Below, piece by piece: positions 15,037 through 23,084 of a stretch of 24,000 nucleotides of DNA (positions within the stretch are counted from its first letter, which is position 1; each line of letters opens with the position of its first letter). The DNA is from Vibrio sp. Of14-4 (lineage in GTDB: Bacteria; Pseudomonadota; Gammaproteobacteria; Enterobacterales; Vibrionaceae), in assembly GCF_022347625.1 (NCBI RefSeq), contig NZ_JAKRGI010000002.1:132561-156560 (forward strand), in the 5' to 3' direction. A program made the translations under genes and the position numbers. The notes beneath the pieces were generated by a model, which did no database searches, was not told the DNA's origin, and saw nothing but the letters and a program-made list of their open reading frames with translations.

Positions 15037-16606
15037 GCCATTTGTCCTGATCACCTTGGCTTTCGCTTAGTGTGTACCCAGCGATTTTAAAGGAATTATT
15101 CACACCTTCTTTGAGCGTGGACTGAGTCACTATATCGTTGAGTTCGATACCAAGATTGACGATAGCTTGAGCAACTACTGGAGAGATGCCTGTCACAATA
15201 CATACACACCCCATCAGCCTTGTAGCCTTAGCAACCTTCAAAAGATGGTTAGCAACAGCGCTGTCTACAGTCGGAACTCCCTGAATATCAATAACAATCA
15301 CGCGCGCTTCATAATCGATCACTTTTTGCAGCACAGCTTCCATGATCATCTGGATTCGATTTGAATCAATCAGGCCAATCACTGGTAACATAAGTACTTT
15401 ATCCCAAAGCTGCATCACGGGCGTCGACATTTCCATAATCATCGAGGCCTGTTTTGCTCGTTCCTCAGACATTCTCTTACGATCAGTGATATCCGAGGCG
15501 ACCTTAAGCACTTTGTATGGTTCACCTTTGAGGTCTAAGACTGGGTTATAAGTGGCTTGGATATAAACTTCTCGACCATTTTTGGCAATGCGCTTAAATT
15601 CTCCCGAATTAAACTGTCCAGCACCGAGCTCACGCCAAAATTCTCTATACTGCTCAGTTTCACTGTATTCTTTGTCACAGAACAACCTATGGTGCTTACC
15701 TTGAACCTCTGCCAAGCTATAGCCCATAAGATCCAAAAAGTTCTTGTTAGCGGTAATGACTGTTCCATCAAGATTAAACTCTATTGTTCCCAATGATTTA
15801 TCAATCGCATCGGCTTTAGCCTGAGCTTCATTACTTATAGTTTTGAACTCGGTAATATCTGATGCAACTTTTAGCACCTTGACCAGTTTACCTTGTTCAT
15901 TGAACACAGGATTATAGGTCGCTTGTATAAAAACAGTTTGTCCATCCTTAGTCACGCGAACAAATTCACCCGAACTGTATTCCCCTTTACCCAAATTATC
16001 CCAAAATTGGCTATATGCCACGCTTTGGCGGTATTCATCTTCGCAAAATATTCTATGGTGCTTACCTTTAATTTCGCTGAGGGTGTAATGCATGAGGTCA
16101 AGAAAATTCTGATTAGCTGTAATGATGGTGCCATCTAGCTCGAATTCTATTGTCGCTAGTGATCGGTCAATCGCTTGTATATGTGCTTTTGCCTTGATGC
16201 TGGCAAGCTTGCTATCGGTAATATCATTGGCAACTTTAACAACTCGTATAGCCTTACCATTACTATCAAATACCGGGTTATACGTTGCCTGAAGGTAGAT
16301 TTCTTTCCCTCCTTTCGCAACACGTTTATATTCACCAGAATCGTACTCACCCTTGCCTAACTTAGCCCAAAAATCCTTATAAGCTTTGCTTCTAGCGTGT
16401 GCAGGCGTGACAAACATTCGATGATGCTTGCCTTTAATTTCATCCAGAGAATACCCAACAACATCAAGAAAATTTTGATTCGCATTATAAATAGTGCCAT
16501 CAAGCTCGAACTCTATAACACCTTGAGAACGGTTAATCGCGTTGTACACACTTTCATATAACTCTGCTTCTGTATCAAAACCTTTGTTTGTTTTTTTCAT
16601 TGCCAC
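15029..16606 (-). CDS. rsbR: RsbR-like stressosome sensor: three tandem PAS domains plus C-terminal STAS domain
   Basis: 525 aa. Three 122-aa PAS repeats (aa 23-133, 145-255, 267-377) each contain IEF-x-LDGT-x-x-x-AN-x-NFL...GKHHR-x-F...IQATYNPV...KV-x-DIT. The C-terminal STAS (aa ~393-505), VIVIDIQGVPTVDSAVANHLLKVAKATRLMGCVCIVTGISPVVAQAIVNLGIEL, is closely colinear with the RsbRA C-terminus as I recall it. AAGGAG SD 6 nt upstream. Confidence 0.85.
   Translation of the reverse strand: MAMKKTNKGFDTEAELYESVYNAINRSQGVIEFELDGTIYNANQNFLDVVGYSLDEIKGKHHRMFVTPAHARSKAYKDFWAKLGKGEYDSGEYKRVAKGGKEIYLQATYNPVFDSNGKAIRVVKVANDITDSKLASIKAKAHIQAIDRSLATIEFELDGTIITANQNFLDLMHYTLSEIKGKHHRIFCEDEYRQSVAYSQFWDNLGKGEYSSGEFVRVTKDGQTVFIQATYNPVFNEQGKLVKVLKVASDITEFKTISNEAQAKADAIDKSLGTIEFNLDGTVITANKNFLDLMGYSLAEVQGKHHRLFCDKEYSETEQYREFWRELGAGQFNSGEFKRIAKNGREVYIQATYNPVLDLKGEPYKVLKVASDITDRKRMSEERAKQASMIMEMSTPVMQLWDKVLMLPVIGLIDSNRIQMIMEAVLQKVIDYEARVIVIDIQGVPTVDSAVANHLLKVAKATRLMGCVCIVTGISPVVAQAIVNLGIELNDIVTQSTLKEGVNNSFKIAGYTLSESQGDQDKWHE
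15476..16540 (-). repeat. Three tandem 366-bp coding repeats (PAS1-PAS3) inside rsbR
   Basis: The period is exactly 122 codons (AINRS at aa 23, AIDRS at aa 145, AIDKS at aa 267). By my hand alignment PAS2 and PAS3 are identical at 69 of 111 residues. Synonymous sites differ extensively, for example attcaggcaacgtataacccggta / atacaagcgacctataatcctgtg / atccaagccacttataacccagtc, so the duplication is old. Confidence 0.85.
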
Positions 16607-16865
16607 TCCTTGGAATTATTGCGCCCAATAAAAACTTCGTTTAACCCGATAAGCTTAGTCACTAAACTATAGATTAATGCGAGAAAAACAGCCTAAATCA
16701 AACGCCGCAAAAATTTCACACCCGTTCGCCCTACTCAGCGCACAAATCATCACTTCCCCATCGTTTAAGTGCTTGATACCGCTATAACTTACTACTGTAT
16801 CTTAATAAAATTGGCTATTCTTAATACATAACTAAACGACATGTAAAATTAACAGGAATCAACTC

Positions 16866-18257
16866 ATGACTCAGGATAACTACAGCAAGCTTTCTGACAG
16901 CGAACTTGAGTATGTGGATGATAAAACCGCTGCCTTGTTACTCAATACCCCCGGTAGTGCCCGTATTATGCTTTGGGTAATGTTGCTATTTTTAATTTTA
17001 GCGGGGGTTTGGGCGTCTTGGGCGCAGATTGACAAGGTAACCGTGGGAGAAGGAAAAGTAGTCCCCTCTTCTCAAGTTCAAATCGTTCAAAACCTTGAAG
17101 GTGGTCTTGTTAAAGAAATTTTAGTACGTGAGGGCCAAACGGTTCAAAAAGGCCAACAGCTACTACTAATAGATGACACACGTTTTCGGTCCGACTTTCG
17201 CGAACGTGAGCAGCAAATTGCCAATCTCACCGCAAGTGTACTGCAATTATCTGCCTCAATTACGAGCGTGACCGTCAATGAAAAATTTAGCCCGAACTCT
17301 TGGCAAAAAAGCGTAGAAATTAATTTTAATAAATTGGCTTTTCCCCCTTCTCTGGTTGAACGACAACCACGCCTTGTTGCAAGGCAAAGAGCTGAATATC
17401 AGCAAGACCTCAACAACCTGAATAACCAAATTTCACTGATTGACCAACAAGTGAAGCAAAAGCAACAAGATCTGGTTGAAATACAAGCTAGGGTAAAAAA
17501 TTTACGTGAAAGTTATAATTTTGCCCTCAAAGAGCTCGAAATCACCAAACCATTGGCTGATGAGGGTGTGGTGCCGCAAATAGAATTACTGAAACTGCAA
17601 CGGCAAGTCAATGATACGCGGCGAGAAATGACTTCCAGCGAGCTTAAAGTGCCAGTACTCCAATCTGCTATTCAAGAGTCAATGCTAAACCGGATTGATG
17701 CTGCGCAAAAGTTTCGTTCCGAGCAACAAGAAAAGCTCAACCAAACGCAAGACAAACTTTCCGCACTAACAGAATCGAGTGTCGGTTTAGAGGATAGAGT
17801 CAACAGGACTGTCATCATATCTCCTGTCATTGGGACGGTAAAAACTCTCAATGTGAATACGGTCGGTGGTGTTATACAACCAGGCATGGACATTGTGGAA
17901 ATTGTGCCCAGTGAAGACACATTACTAGTGGAAGCTAAGATCGCTCCTCAAGATATTGCCTTCTTAAGGCCAAACTTAAATGCCATTGTTAAATTTAGCG
18001 CTTATGATTTTACTAAGTATGGCGGACTTGAAGGAAGCCTTGAGCATATTAGTGCTGACACCACAACGGATGAAGAAGGAAACAGCTTTTACCTTGTAAG
18101 GGTTAGAACCAAAGAAACAAGCCTAAATAATGATACTTCATTGCCCATTATACCTGGCATGACAGCATCAGTTGATATAATTACAGGAAAGCGCACAGTG
18201 ATGGAATACTTGCTAAAGCCCATTATCGGAGCCAAAAACAACGCACTTAAGGAATAA
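16866..18257 (+). CDS. lapC: HlyD-family type I secretion membrane-fusion (periplasmic adaptor) protein, LapC-like
   Basis: 463 aa. Cytoplasmic N-terminus, single TM (IMLWVMLLFLILAGVWASWA), then VTVGEGKVVPSSQVQIVQNLEGGLVKEILVREGQTVQKGQQLL (HlyD lipoyl/barrel motif), a long coiled-coil, and C-terminal PGMTASVDIITGKRTVMEYLLKP, typical of the HlyD family. Confidence 0.85.
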   Translation: MTQDNYSKLSDSELEYVDDKTAALLLNTPGSARIMLWVMLLFLILAGVWASWAQIDKVTVGEGKVVPSSQVQIVQNLEGGLVKEILVREGQTVQKGQQLLLIDDTRFRSDFREREQQIANLTASVLQLSASITSVTVNEKFSPNSWQKSVEINFNKLAFPPSLVERQPRLVARQRAEYQQDLNNLNNQISLIDQQVKQKQQDLVEIQARVKNLRESYNFALKELEITKPLADEGVVPQIELLKLQRQVNDTRREMTSSELKVPVLQSAIQESMLNRIDAAQKFRSEQQEKLNQTQDKLSALTESSVGLEDRVNRTVIISPVIGTVKTLNVNTVGGVIQPGMDIVEIVPSEDTLLVEAKIAPQDIAFLRPNLNAIVKFSAYDFTKYGGLEGSLEHISADTTTDEEGNSFYLVRVRTKETSLNNDTSLPIIPGMTASVDIITGKRTVMEYLLKPIIGAKNNALKE

Positions 18258-18302
18258 CAATGCCAGAAACTCTGCTTACTTATTTGCATAGACAGTGACG
18301 AA

Positions 18303-18965
18303 ATGAAACTTCTGTTCTCGCTTCTATTATTCATTATGGTCTCAACCACTTCACTGGCACTCAATACCCAAGAACAACGCTGGGTTGATGCGGTTAGGAA
18401 GACATATGGAGAGCGAGCAGGAAAAAGAGTCGAAACTTGGCGTCGTGAAATGGTCCAATTCAAAGGGCTGCCGGAGAAAGAAAAGCTGGTCAAAGTAAAT
18501 CGCTTTTTCAATCAACTTAATTTCATCAATGATAATAGGCTTTGGGGCAAGAAAGACTATTGGGCAACTCCACTTGAATTTTTGGGCAGTAATGGCGGCG
18601 ATTGTGAGGATTTTACTATCGCGAAGTATTTTTCACTGCTTGAGCTTGGGGTCTCAGATAAAAAACTCAGGCTAGTCTACGTTAAAGCAATAACGCTAAA
18701 TCAATTCCATATGGTACTGGCCTATTATTCGAAGCCAAGCGCAGAACCTATTTTGCTCGATAACATTGATCCACAGATTAAAAGAGCATCCAAACGTCGA
18801 GATTTATTACCTGTATACAGCTTTAACGGTAAAAATCTGTGGCTAATGAAATCGAAGAAAGGGCAACTGGCCGGAAAATCATCAAGACTAAGCTTATGGA
18901 ATGATCTCAGGGCCAGAGAGAAATCACTCAAATTGAATAAACCAATTTTGAAATACGATGAGTAG
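18303..18965 (+). CDS. lapG: LapG-type periplasmic transglutaminase-like cysteine protease (BTLCP family)
   Basis: 220 aa. Sec signal peptide (MKLLFSLLLFIMVSTTSLA|L). Catalytic Cys context GGDCEDFTIAKYF, His in FHMVLAYY, Asp in LLDNIDP. It lies directly upstream of a LapD-like gene, the canonical pairing. Confidence 0.88.
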   Translation: MKLLFSLLLFIMVSTTSLALNTQEQRWVDAVRKTYGERAGKRVETWRREMVQFKGLPEKEKLVKVNRFFNQLNFINDNRLWGKKDYWATPLEFLGSNGGDCEDFTIAKYFSLLELGVSDKKLRLVYVKAITLNQFHMVLAYYSKPSAEPILLDNIDPQIKRASKRRDLLPVYSFNGKNLWLMKSKKGQLAGKSSRLSLWNDLRAREKSLKLNKPILKYDE

Positions 18966-18970
18966 GCAAT

Positions 18971-20881
18971 ATGACTTTATATAAACAACTTGTCGCGGGA
19001 ATGATAGCGGTATTTTTGATGCTGATGGTTTCGGTTTTCATCATCGAATTTAACACAACGCGAAACAGCCTGATCCAGCAGCAACGGTCAGAAATGAACA
19101 ATACCATCAACACTGTCGGCCTTGCTTTGGCCCCCTACTTAGAAAGCAAAGATCAAGTAGCGGTTGAGTCGGTCGTAAATGCTCTATTTGATGGCAGTAG
19201 CTATTCCATCGTGCGTCTCATTTTCCTCGATAATGGGGAAGAAATTATCCGCTCCTACCCCGTCAAACCACTCGAGGTTCCCGACTGGTTTACGGGCCTG
19301 CATTTATTCGATCGTATTCATGATCGCCGGGTCGTGACCAGCGGCTGGATGCAACTCGCTGAGGTTGAAATTGTAAGCCATACTGGGGATGCCTACACCC
19401 AGCTTTGGAATGCATTTGTTCGCCTCGCCATAGCTTTTAGTCTTATCTTCTCCATTGGTTTAATGTCGATTGCTTTTATCCTCAAACGCGCACTGCGTCC
19501 TTTACACCTCATCGTTACCAAAATGGAGCAAGTAGCGCGCAATCAATTTGGAGACCCATTACCCAGACCTTCGACTAAAGACCTTATCTATGTTGTCGAC
19601 GGCATCAATAGTATGTCTTCCCAATTGGAGCAATCATTTAAAGCCCAAGCACAAGAAGCCCAAAAACTCAGAGAACGAGCCTACATTGATCCCGTATCAA
19701 AACTGGGTAATCGTGCCTACTATATGAATCAGCTCAATGCTTGGTTAGGCGAAGGTGGAGTTGGTGGGGTTGCCATGCTCGAGGCAAGCTTTATTCATGA
19801 TCTCTATGAAGAGAAAGGCTATAAAGCCGGCGACAGTATGGTCAGGGAATTATCTGACCACCTCACTGTTTCATTAACCTTCCCAGATATCACCATAGCG
19901 CGAATTTCTCCCGAAGAGTTTGCATTTATCATCCCCAACATGAGTGAAAGTGAACTAAAAAATATCTCTGAGAGCATCATTAATTATGTCCAAGGAATTA
20001 ACCCTGATCCAACTGGGATGGCGAAATCAAATGTGGCGCTAGGTGTTGTGTACAATGAGGTGCCTAAAGACACATCCAGCATACTGACTATGCTGGATAA
20101 CGCATTAGCGACAGCAAAATCGGACCCAGAAATTACTTACGGTTACGTCACCAGTGACAACTCTGACAATCTGATGGGTAAACAACAGTGGAAAGCGCTC
20201 GTTGAAGAAGCCATGAGTAACGACTGGTTCAAATTCCGCTATCAGGTCGCAAACGATGGTTCAGGGAAAACCTACCATAGAGAAGTTTTCTCTGCGATTG
20301 AAAGAGATGGCGAAAGATTCAGTGCCAATCAATATATGTTTGCTTTGGAACAGCTTCACGCCAGCCATCTATTCGATGAGTACGTGATTCAAACTATGGT
20401 TACTCAACTTGAACAGGGCGCTTTCTCTGATCCTGTAGCGATTAACATCTCACAAAGCAGTATTGCTGAGCCAAGCTTTATTCGCTGGGTTACTCAGATC
20501 TTAAGCCGACACAAGTCAACAGCCCCGCTACTGCATTTTGAAATTCCCGAAAACTGCTTTGTCAATACACCTCATCATACGGCGCTCTTTTGTAATGCGA
20601 TTCGTAATGCAGGCGCTGATTTTGGTGTCGATAACTACGGAAGAAATTTCCAATCTTTGGATTACATCAACGAATTCAGACCCGCTTATGTTAAAGTTGA
20701 CTATCTTTACACTCACCACTTAGACGAGGAAAAACAGCAATTTACCTTAACTTCAATTTCGCGCACAGCACATAACCTTGGGATTAAGACGATTGCATCT
20801 CGTGTAGAAACTCAGGCGCAACTCGACTTTTTAGCGGAGCATTTTATCGATGTATTCCAAGGCTTCATTGTAGATAAGTAA
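18971..20881 (+). CDS. lapD: LapD-type inner-membrane c-di-GMP receptor (periplasmic LapD_MoxY_N domain, HAMP, degenerate GGDEF, degenerate EAL)
   Basis: 636 aa. Two TM segments flank a ~120-aa periplasmic domain that contains the LapG-binding loop Trp context (TSGWMQL). HAMP follows TM2. The GGDEF position reads RISPEEFAF (degenerate). The C-terminal EAL-fold domain lacks a canonical EAL signature (HREVFSAIE) and ends ...FQGFIVDK. The gene starts 5 nt after the lapG stop. Confidence 0.85.
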   Translation: MTLYKQLVAGMIAVFLMLMVSVFIIEFNTTRNSLIQQQRSEMNNTINTVGLALAPYLESKDQVAVESVVNALFDGSSYSIVRLIFLDNGEEIIRSYPVKPLEVPDWFTGLHLFDRIHDRRVVTSGWMQLAEVEIVSHTGDAYTQLWNAFVRLAIAFSLIFSIGLMSIAFILKRALRPLHLIVTKMEQVARNQFGDPLPRPSTKDLIYVVDGINSMSSQLEQSFKAQAQEAQKLRERAYIDPVSKLGNRAYYMNQLNAWLGEGGVGGVAMLEASFIHDLYEEKGYKAGDSMVRELSDHLTVSLTFPDITIARISPEEFAFIIPNMSESELKNISESIINYVQGINPDPTGMAKSNVALGVVYNEVPKDTSSILTMLDNALATAKSDPEITYGYVTSDNSDNLMGKQQWKALVEEAMSNDWFKFRYQVANDGSGKTYHREVFSAIERDGERFSANQYMFALEQLHASHLFDEYVIQTMVTQLEQGAFSDPVAINISQSSIAEPSFIRWVTQILSRHKSTAPLLHFEIPENCFVNTPHHTALFCNAIRNAGADFGVDNYGRNFQSLDYINEFRPAYVKVDYLYTHHLDEEKQQFTLTSISRTAHNLGIKTIASRVETQAQLDFLAEHFIDVFQGFIVDK

Positions 20882-20898
20882 TAAGGTTACAGCCGTAA

Positions 20899-23013
20899 AT
20901 GCAAGATCCTTTACTCAATTCACTCATATACATTAGCCGCTACTTTGGGTTAGCGAATTCACCAGAAGCTCTGATCAATGGCTTGCCATTATCGTCTGGA
21001 AAATTAACCCCGTTTCTATTCCCTCGTTCAGCTGAACGCGCTGGGCTGGTCGCTAAGGAAAACCGCTCACAATTAACCGAAATATCAGAGCTAGTCCTCC
21101 CAGTTGTATTACTTCTTAAAGGTGGGGAGGCTTGTGTACTCAATACGATTAACCTAGAGAAGCAAGAGGCTGAGGTGGTCACTGGCGAATCAGGACTGGT
21201 GCCGATTTCGATATCGATTGAGGAGCTTAATGAGCTCTATATTGGCCGCTATTTTCTGGTGAAAAAGCAGTTTCGTTATGATGAACGCTCACCAGAAATT
21301 TTAAAAACTCGTCAAGGTCACTGGTTCTGGTCAACATTGTGGCAGTCAAAGAATATCTATCGAGACGTTTTTATCGCTTCGATAATGATCAATTTGTTTG
21401 CAATAGCAGCCCCTATGTTTACACGTTTGGTCTATGACAAGGTTGTCCCCAATTTAGCCTTTGAAACACTGTGGGTTTTGGCCAGTGGTATCTTTGTAAT
21501 TTTTCTTTTTGAACTCACACTAAAAATTCTTCGCAGCTATTTTATCGATGTGGCGGGGAAGAAATCTGACGTACTCATATCGTCAAAACTCTTCAGTAAA
21601 GTTCTCGGGATTCGAATGGAAGCCAAACCTCCTTCAGTCGGGGCTTTCGCAAGACACTTGCAGGAGTTTGAATCAATTCGAGAATTTTTTACTTCAGCAA
21701 CGATTGGCTCTCTTATCGACCTTCCTTTCGCACTGTTATTTTTGTTATTAATATGGCTAATGGCAGGAAACCTAGTCTGGATTCCTATCTTAGGCGTTGT
21801 GATCCTCATCATCTATTCCGCCATCATCCAAGGGCCACTCAAGCAATCGATTGAAGAAGGGTCGCGTTTGGCATCACAAAAGTATGCCAACCTCATCGAA
21901 AGTTTATCTGGATTAGAGACGCTCAAACTGTTTGGCGCTCAAAGTCAATTTCAGTTCAAATGGGAAGAAGCCGTTGCCCACATGTCGAATTGGAGTATAA
22001 AAAGTCGACGAATAACAGACGGTATTCACAACACGGCGGGCTTTGTTCAACAAGCCTCAAACGTAGGCATGATCATTCTTGGCGTGTACTTGATCGCCGA
22101 TGGCGAGCTTACTATGGGCGGCCTTATTGCTGCTACTATGCTCAGTAACAGAGCTATAGGTCCTATGGTTCAGCTATCACTCCTTTCCACTCGATATAAT
22201 CAAGCTAAGTCTTCGTTGTCTATTATAGAGCAAATAATGGCCATGCCAGATGAACAAGAAGAGGGAAAACGCTATATCCATAGGCCAATAGTGAAAGGTA
22301 AAATCGAGTTGGATAAAGTCACTTTCCACTATCCGGACTCTCCTGTCGCTTCAATTCGCGATCTAAATCTCACCATAAGCCCGGGTGAGAAAGTTGCTAT
22401 TATAGGCCGAATAGGTTCAGGAAAAACCACGCTTGAGCGGCTAATCCTAGGGCTTTATCAGCCAACTGAAGGCCATGTTCGCATTGACGATACAGACATA
22501 CAACAGCTTCATCATATAGACATCAGACGCAACATTGGGTGCGTTCCTCAAGACAGTCAGCTGTTTTATGGTTCGATACGTGACAATATCACCCTTGGTC
22601 GACCGCTCGCCGATGACCGAGATGTCATGGACGCCGCCAATCGCGCTGGAGTGACCGTTTTTACTCAACAAGATCCGGCAGGTCTTGAGCGACAAGTCGG
22701 TGAAGGCGGACTGCTGCTTTCTGGAGGGCAACGACAAGCGGTTGCGATTGCAAGAGCATTCTTACATAGGCCACCAGTCCTTCTAATGGATGAGCCAACC
22801 AGTGCTATGGATAATCGCTCTGAAATGCATATTAAACAGCAGCTTTCTCAGCTTAAAGCGTCAGAAACACTGGTTTTGATCACTCATAAAACATCCATGT
22901 TGGATGTGGTCGATAGAATCATCGTGATGGAGAAAGGCACTATCATAACCGACGGACCAAAAGCTGAGGTTCTCAATAATTTGAGACAAGGCAATATACG
23001 CGCAGTTAATTGA
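20899..23013 (+). CDS. lapB: Type I secretion ABC transporter (permease/ATPase with N-terminal C39-like domain), LapB-like
   Basis: 704 aa. An N-terminal ~130-aa C39-peptidase-like domain, six predicted TM helices, Walker A GRIGSGKTT, ABC signature LSGGQRQ, and Walker B VLLMDEPTSAMD. Confidence 0.88.
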   Translation: MQDPLLNSLIYISRYFGLANSPEALINGLPLSSGKLTPFLFPRSAERAGLVAKENRSQLTEISELVLPVVLLLKGGEACVLNTINLEKQEAEVVTGESGLVPISISIEELNELYIGRYFLVKKQFRYDERSPEILKTRQGHWFWSTLWQSKNIYRDVFIASIMINLFAIAAPMFTRLVYDKVVPNLAFETLWVLASGIFVIFLFELTLKILRSYFIDVAGKKSDVLISSKLFSKVLGIRMEAKPPSVGAFARHLQEFESIREFFTSATIGSLIDLPFALLFLLLIWLMAGNLVWIPILGVVILIIYSAIIQGPLKQSIEEGSRLASQKYANLIESLSGLETLKLFGAQSQFQFKWEEAVAHMSNWSIKSRRITDGIHNTAGFVQQASNVGMIILGVYLIADGELTMGGLIAATMLSNRAIGPMVQLSLLSTRYNQAKSSLSIIEQIMAMPDEQEEGKRYIHRPIVKGKIELDKVTFHYPDSPVASIRDLNLTISPGEKVAIIGRIGSGKTTLERLILGLYQPTEGHVRIDDTDIQQLHHIDIRRNIGCVPQDSQLFYGSIRDNITLGRPLADDRDVMDAANRAGVTVFTQQDPAGLERQVGEGGLLLSGGQRQAVAIARAFLHRPPVLLMDEPTSAMDNRSEMHIKQQLSQLKASETLVLITHKTSMLDVVDRIIVMEKGTIITDGPKAEVLNNLRQGNIRAVN

Positions 23014-23046
23014 TAGTTTTACATACTGAATATGAATAGAAACAAT

Positions 23047-23084
23047 CAGCCCAACACACGCAAATGCATTGGGCTGTTCTTTTA
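23047..23084. terminator. Rho-independent terminator between convergent lapB and ribA
   Basis: Stem CAGCCCAA (23047-23054) / TTGGGCTG (23069-23076) with a 14-nt loop, followed by TTCTTTTA on the plus strand. The T-tract overlaps the ribA stop codon. The upstream flank (aacaat, AT-rich) gives it some minus-strand terminator potential. Confidence 0.75.

Noticed and set aside
2957-15054. N-terminal extensions from the TTG starts (one ATG, at 15054) used by the ORF track (2957, 2809, 8328, 10889, 13634, 14637, 15054).
   Set aside because: Downstream ATG/GTG codons give better SD spacing, proper signal peptides, or lengths that match the family (RsbS, RsbT). The coordinates were therefore trimmed. 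The track starts remain possible and need experimental start-site mapping.
16607-16865. Looked for a c-di-GMP (GEMM-I/II) riboswitch, or clear sigma-70 promoters, in the divergent region between rsbR and lapC.
   Set aside because: There is no GEMM-like conserved core (GGCAAACC...GGGACGCAAAGCC type) or paired stems. Candidate -35/-10 hexamers (for example TTGATA at 16773-16778, and TATAGT on the minus strand near 16666-16671) lack a convincing partner at 16-18 bp spacing, so I do not call promoters.
685-22737. Many 60-145-aa ORFs in the supplied track that lie inside or antisense to the long genes. Examples: 685-966, 967-1203, 1986-2189, 2177-2614, 2584-2781, 2994-3203, 4077-4289, 6659-6841, 8420-8782, 9194-9511, 10795-11109, 11137-11331, 11354-11584, 11791-12072, 12288-12521, 12670-12984, 13152-13373, 14708-14998, 15167-16360, 17672-17920, 18089-18511, 18725-19113, 20528-20723, 20940-21182, 21537-21812, 21960-22148, 22447-22737, 23371-23604.
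   Set aside because: Each is fully overlapped by a much longer ORF that has recognisable domains. They have low-complexity or odd composition (Ser/Cys/Leu-rich), no SD, and no recognisable motif. They are shadow ORFs.
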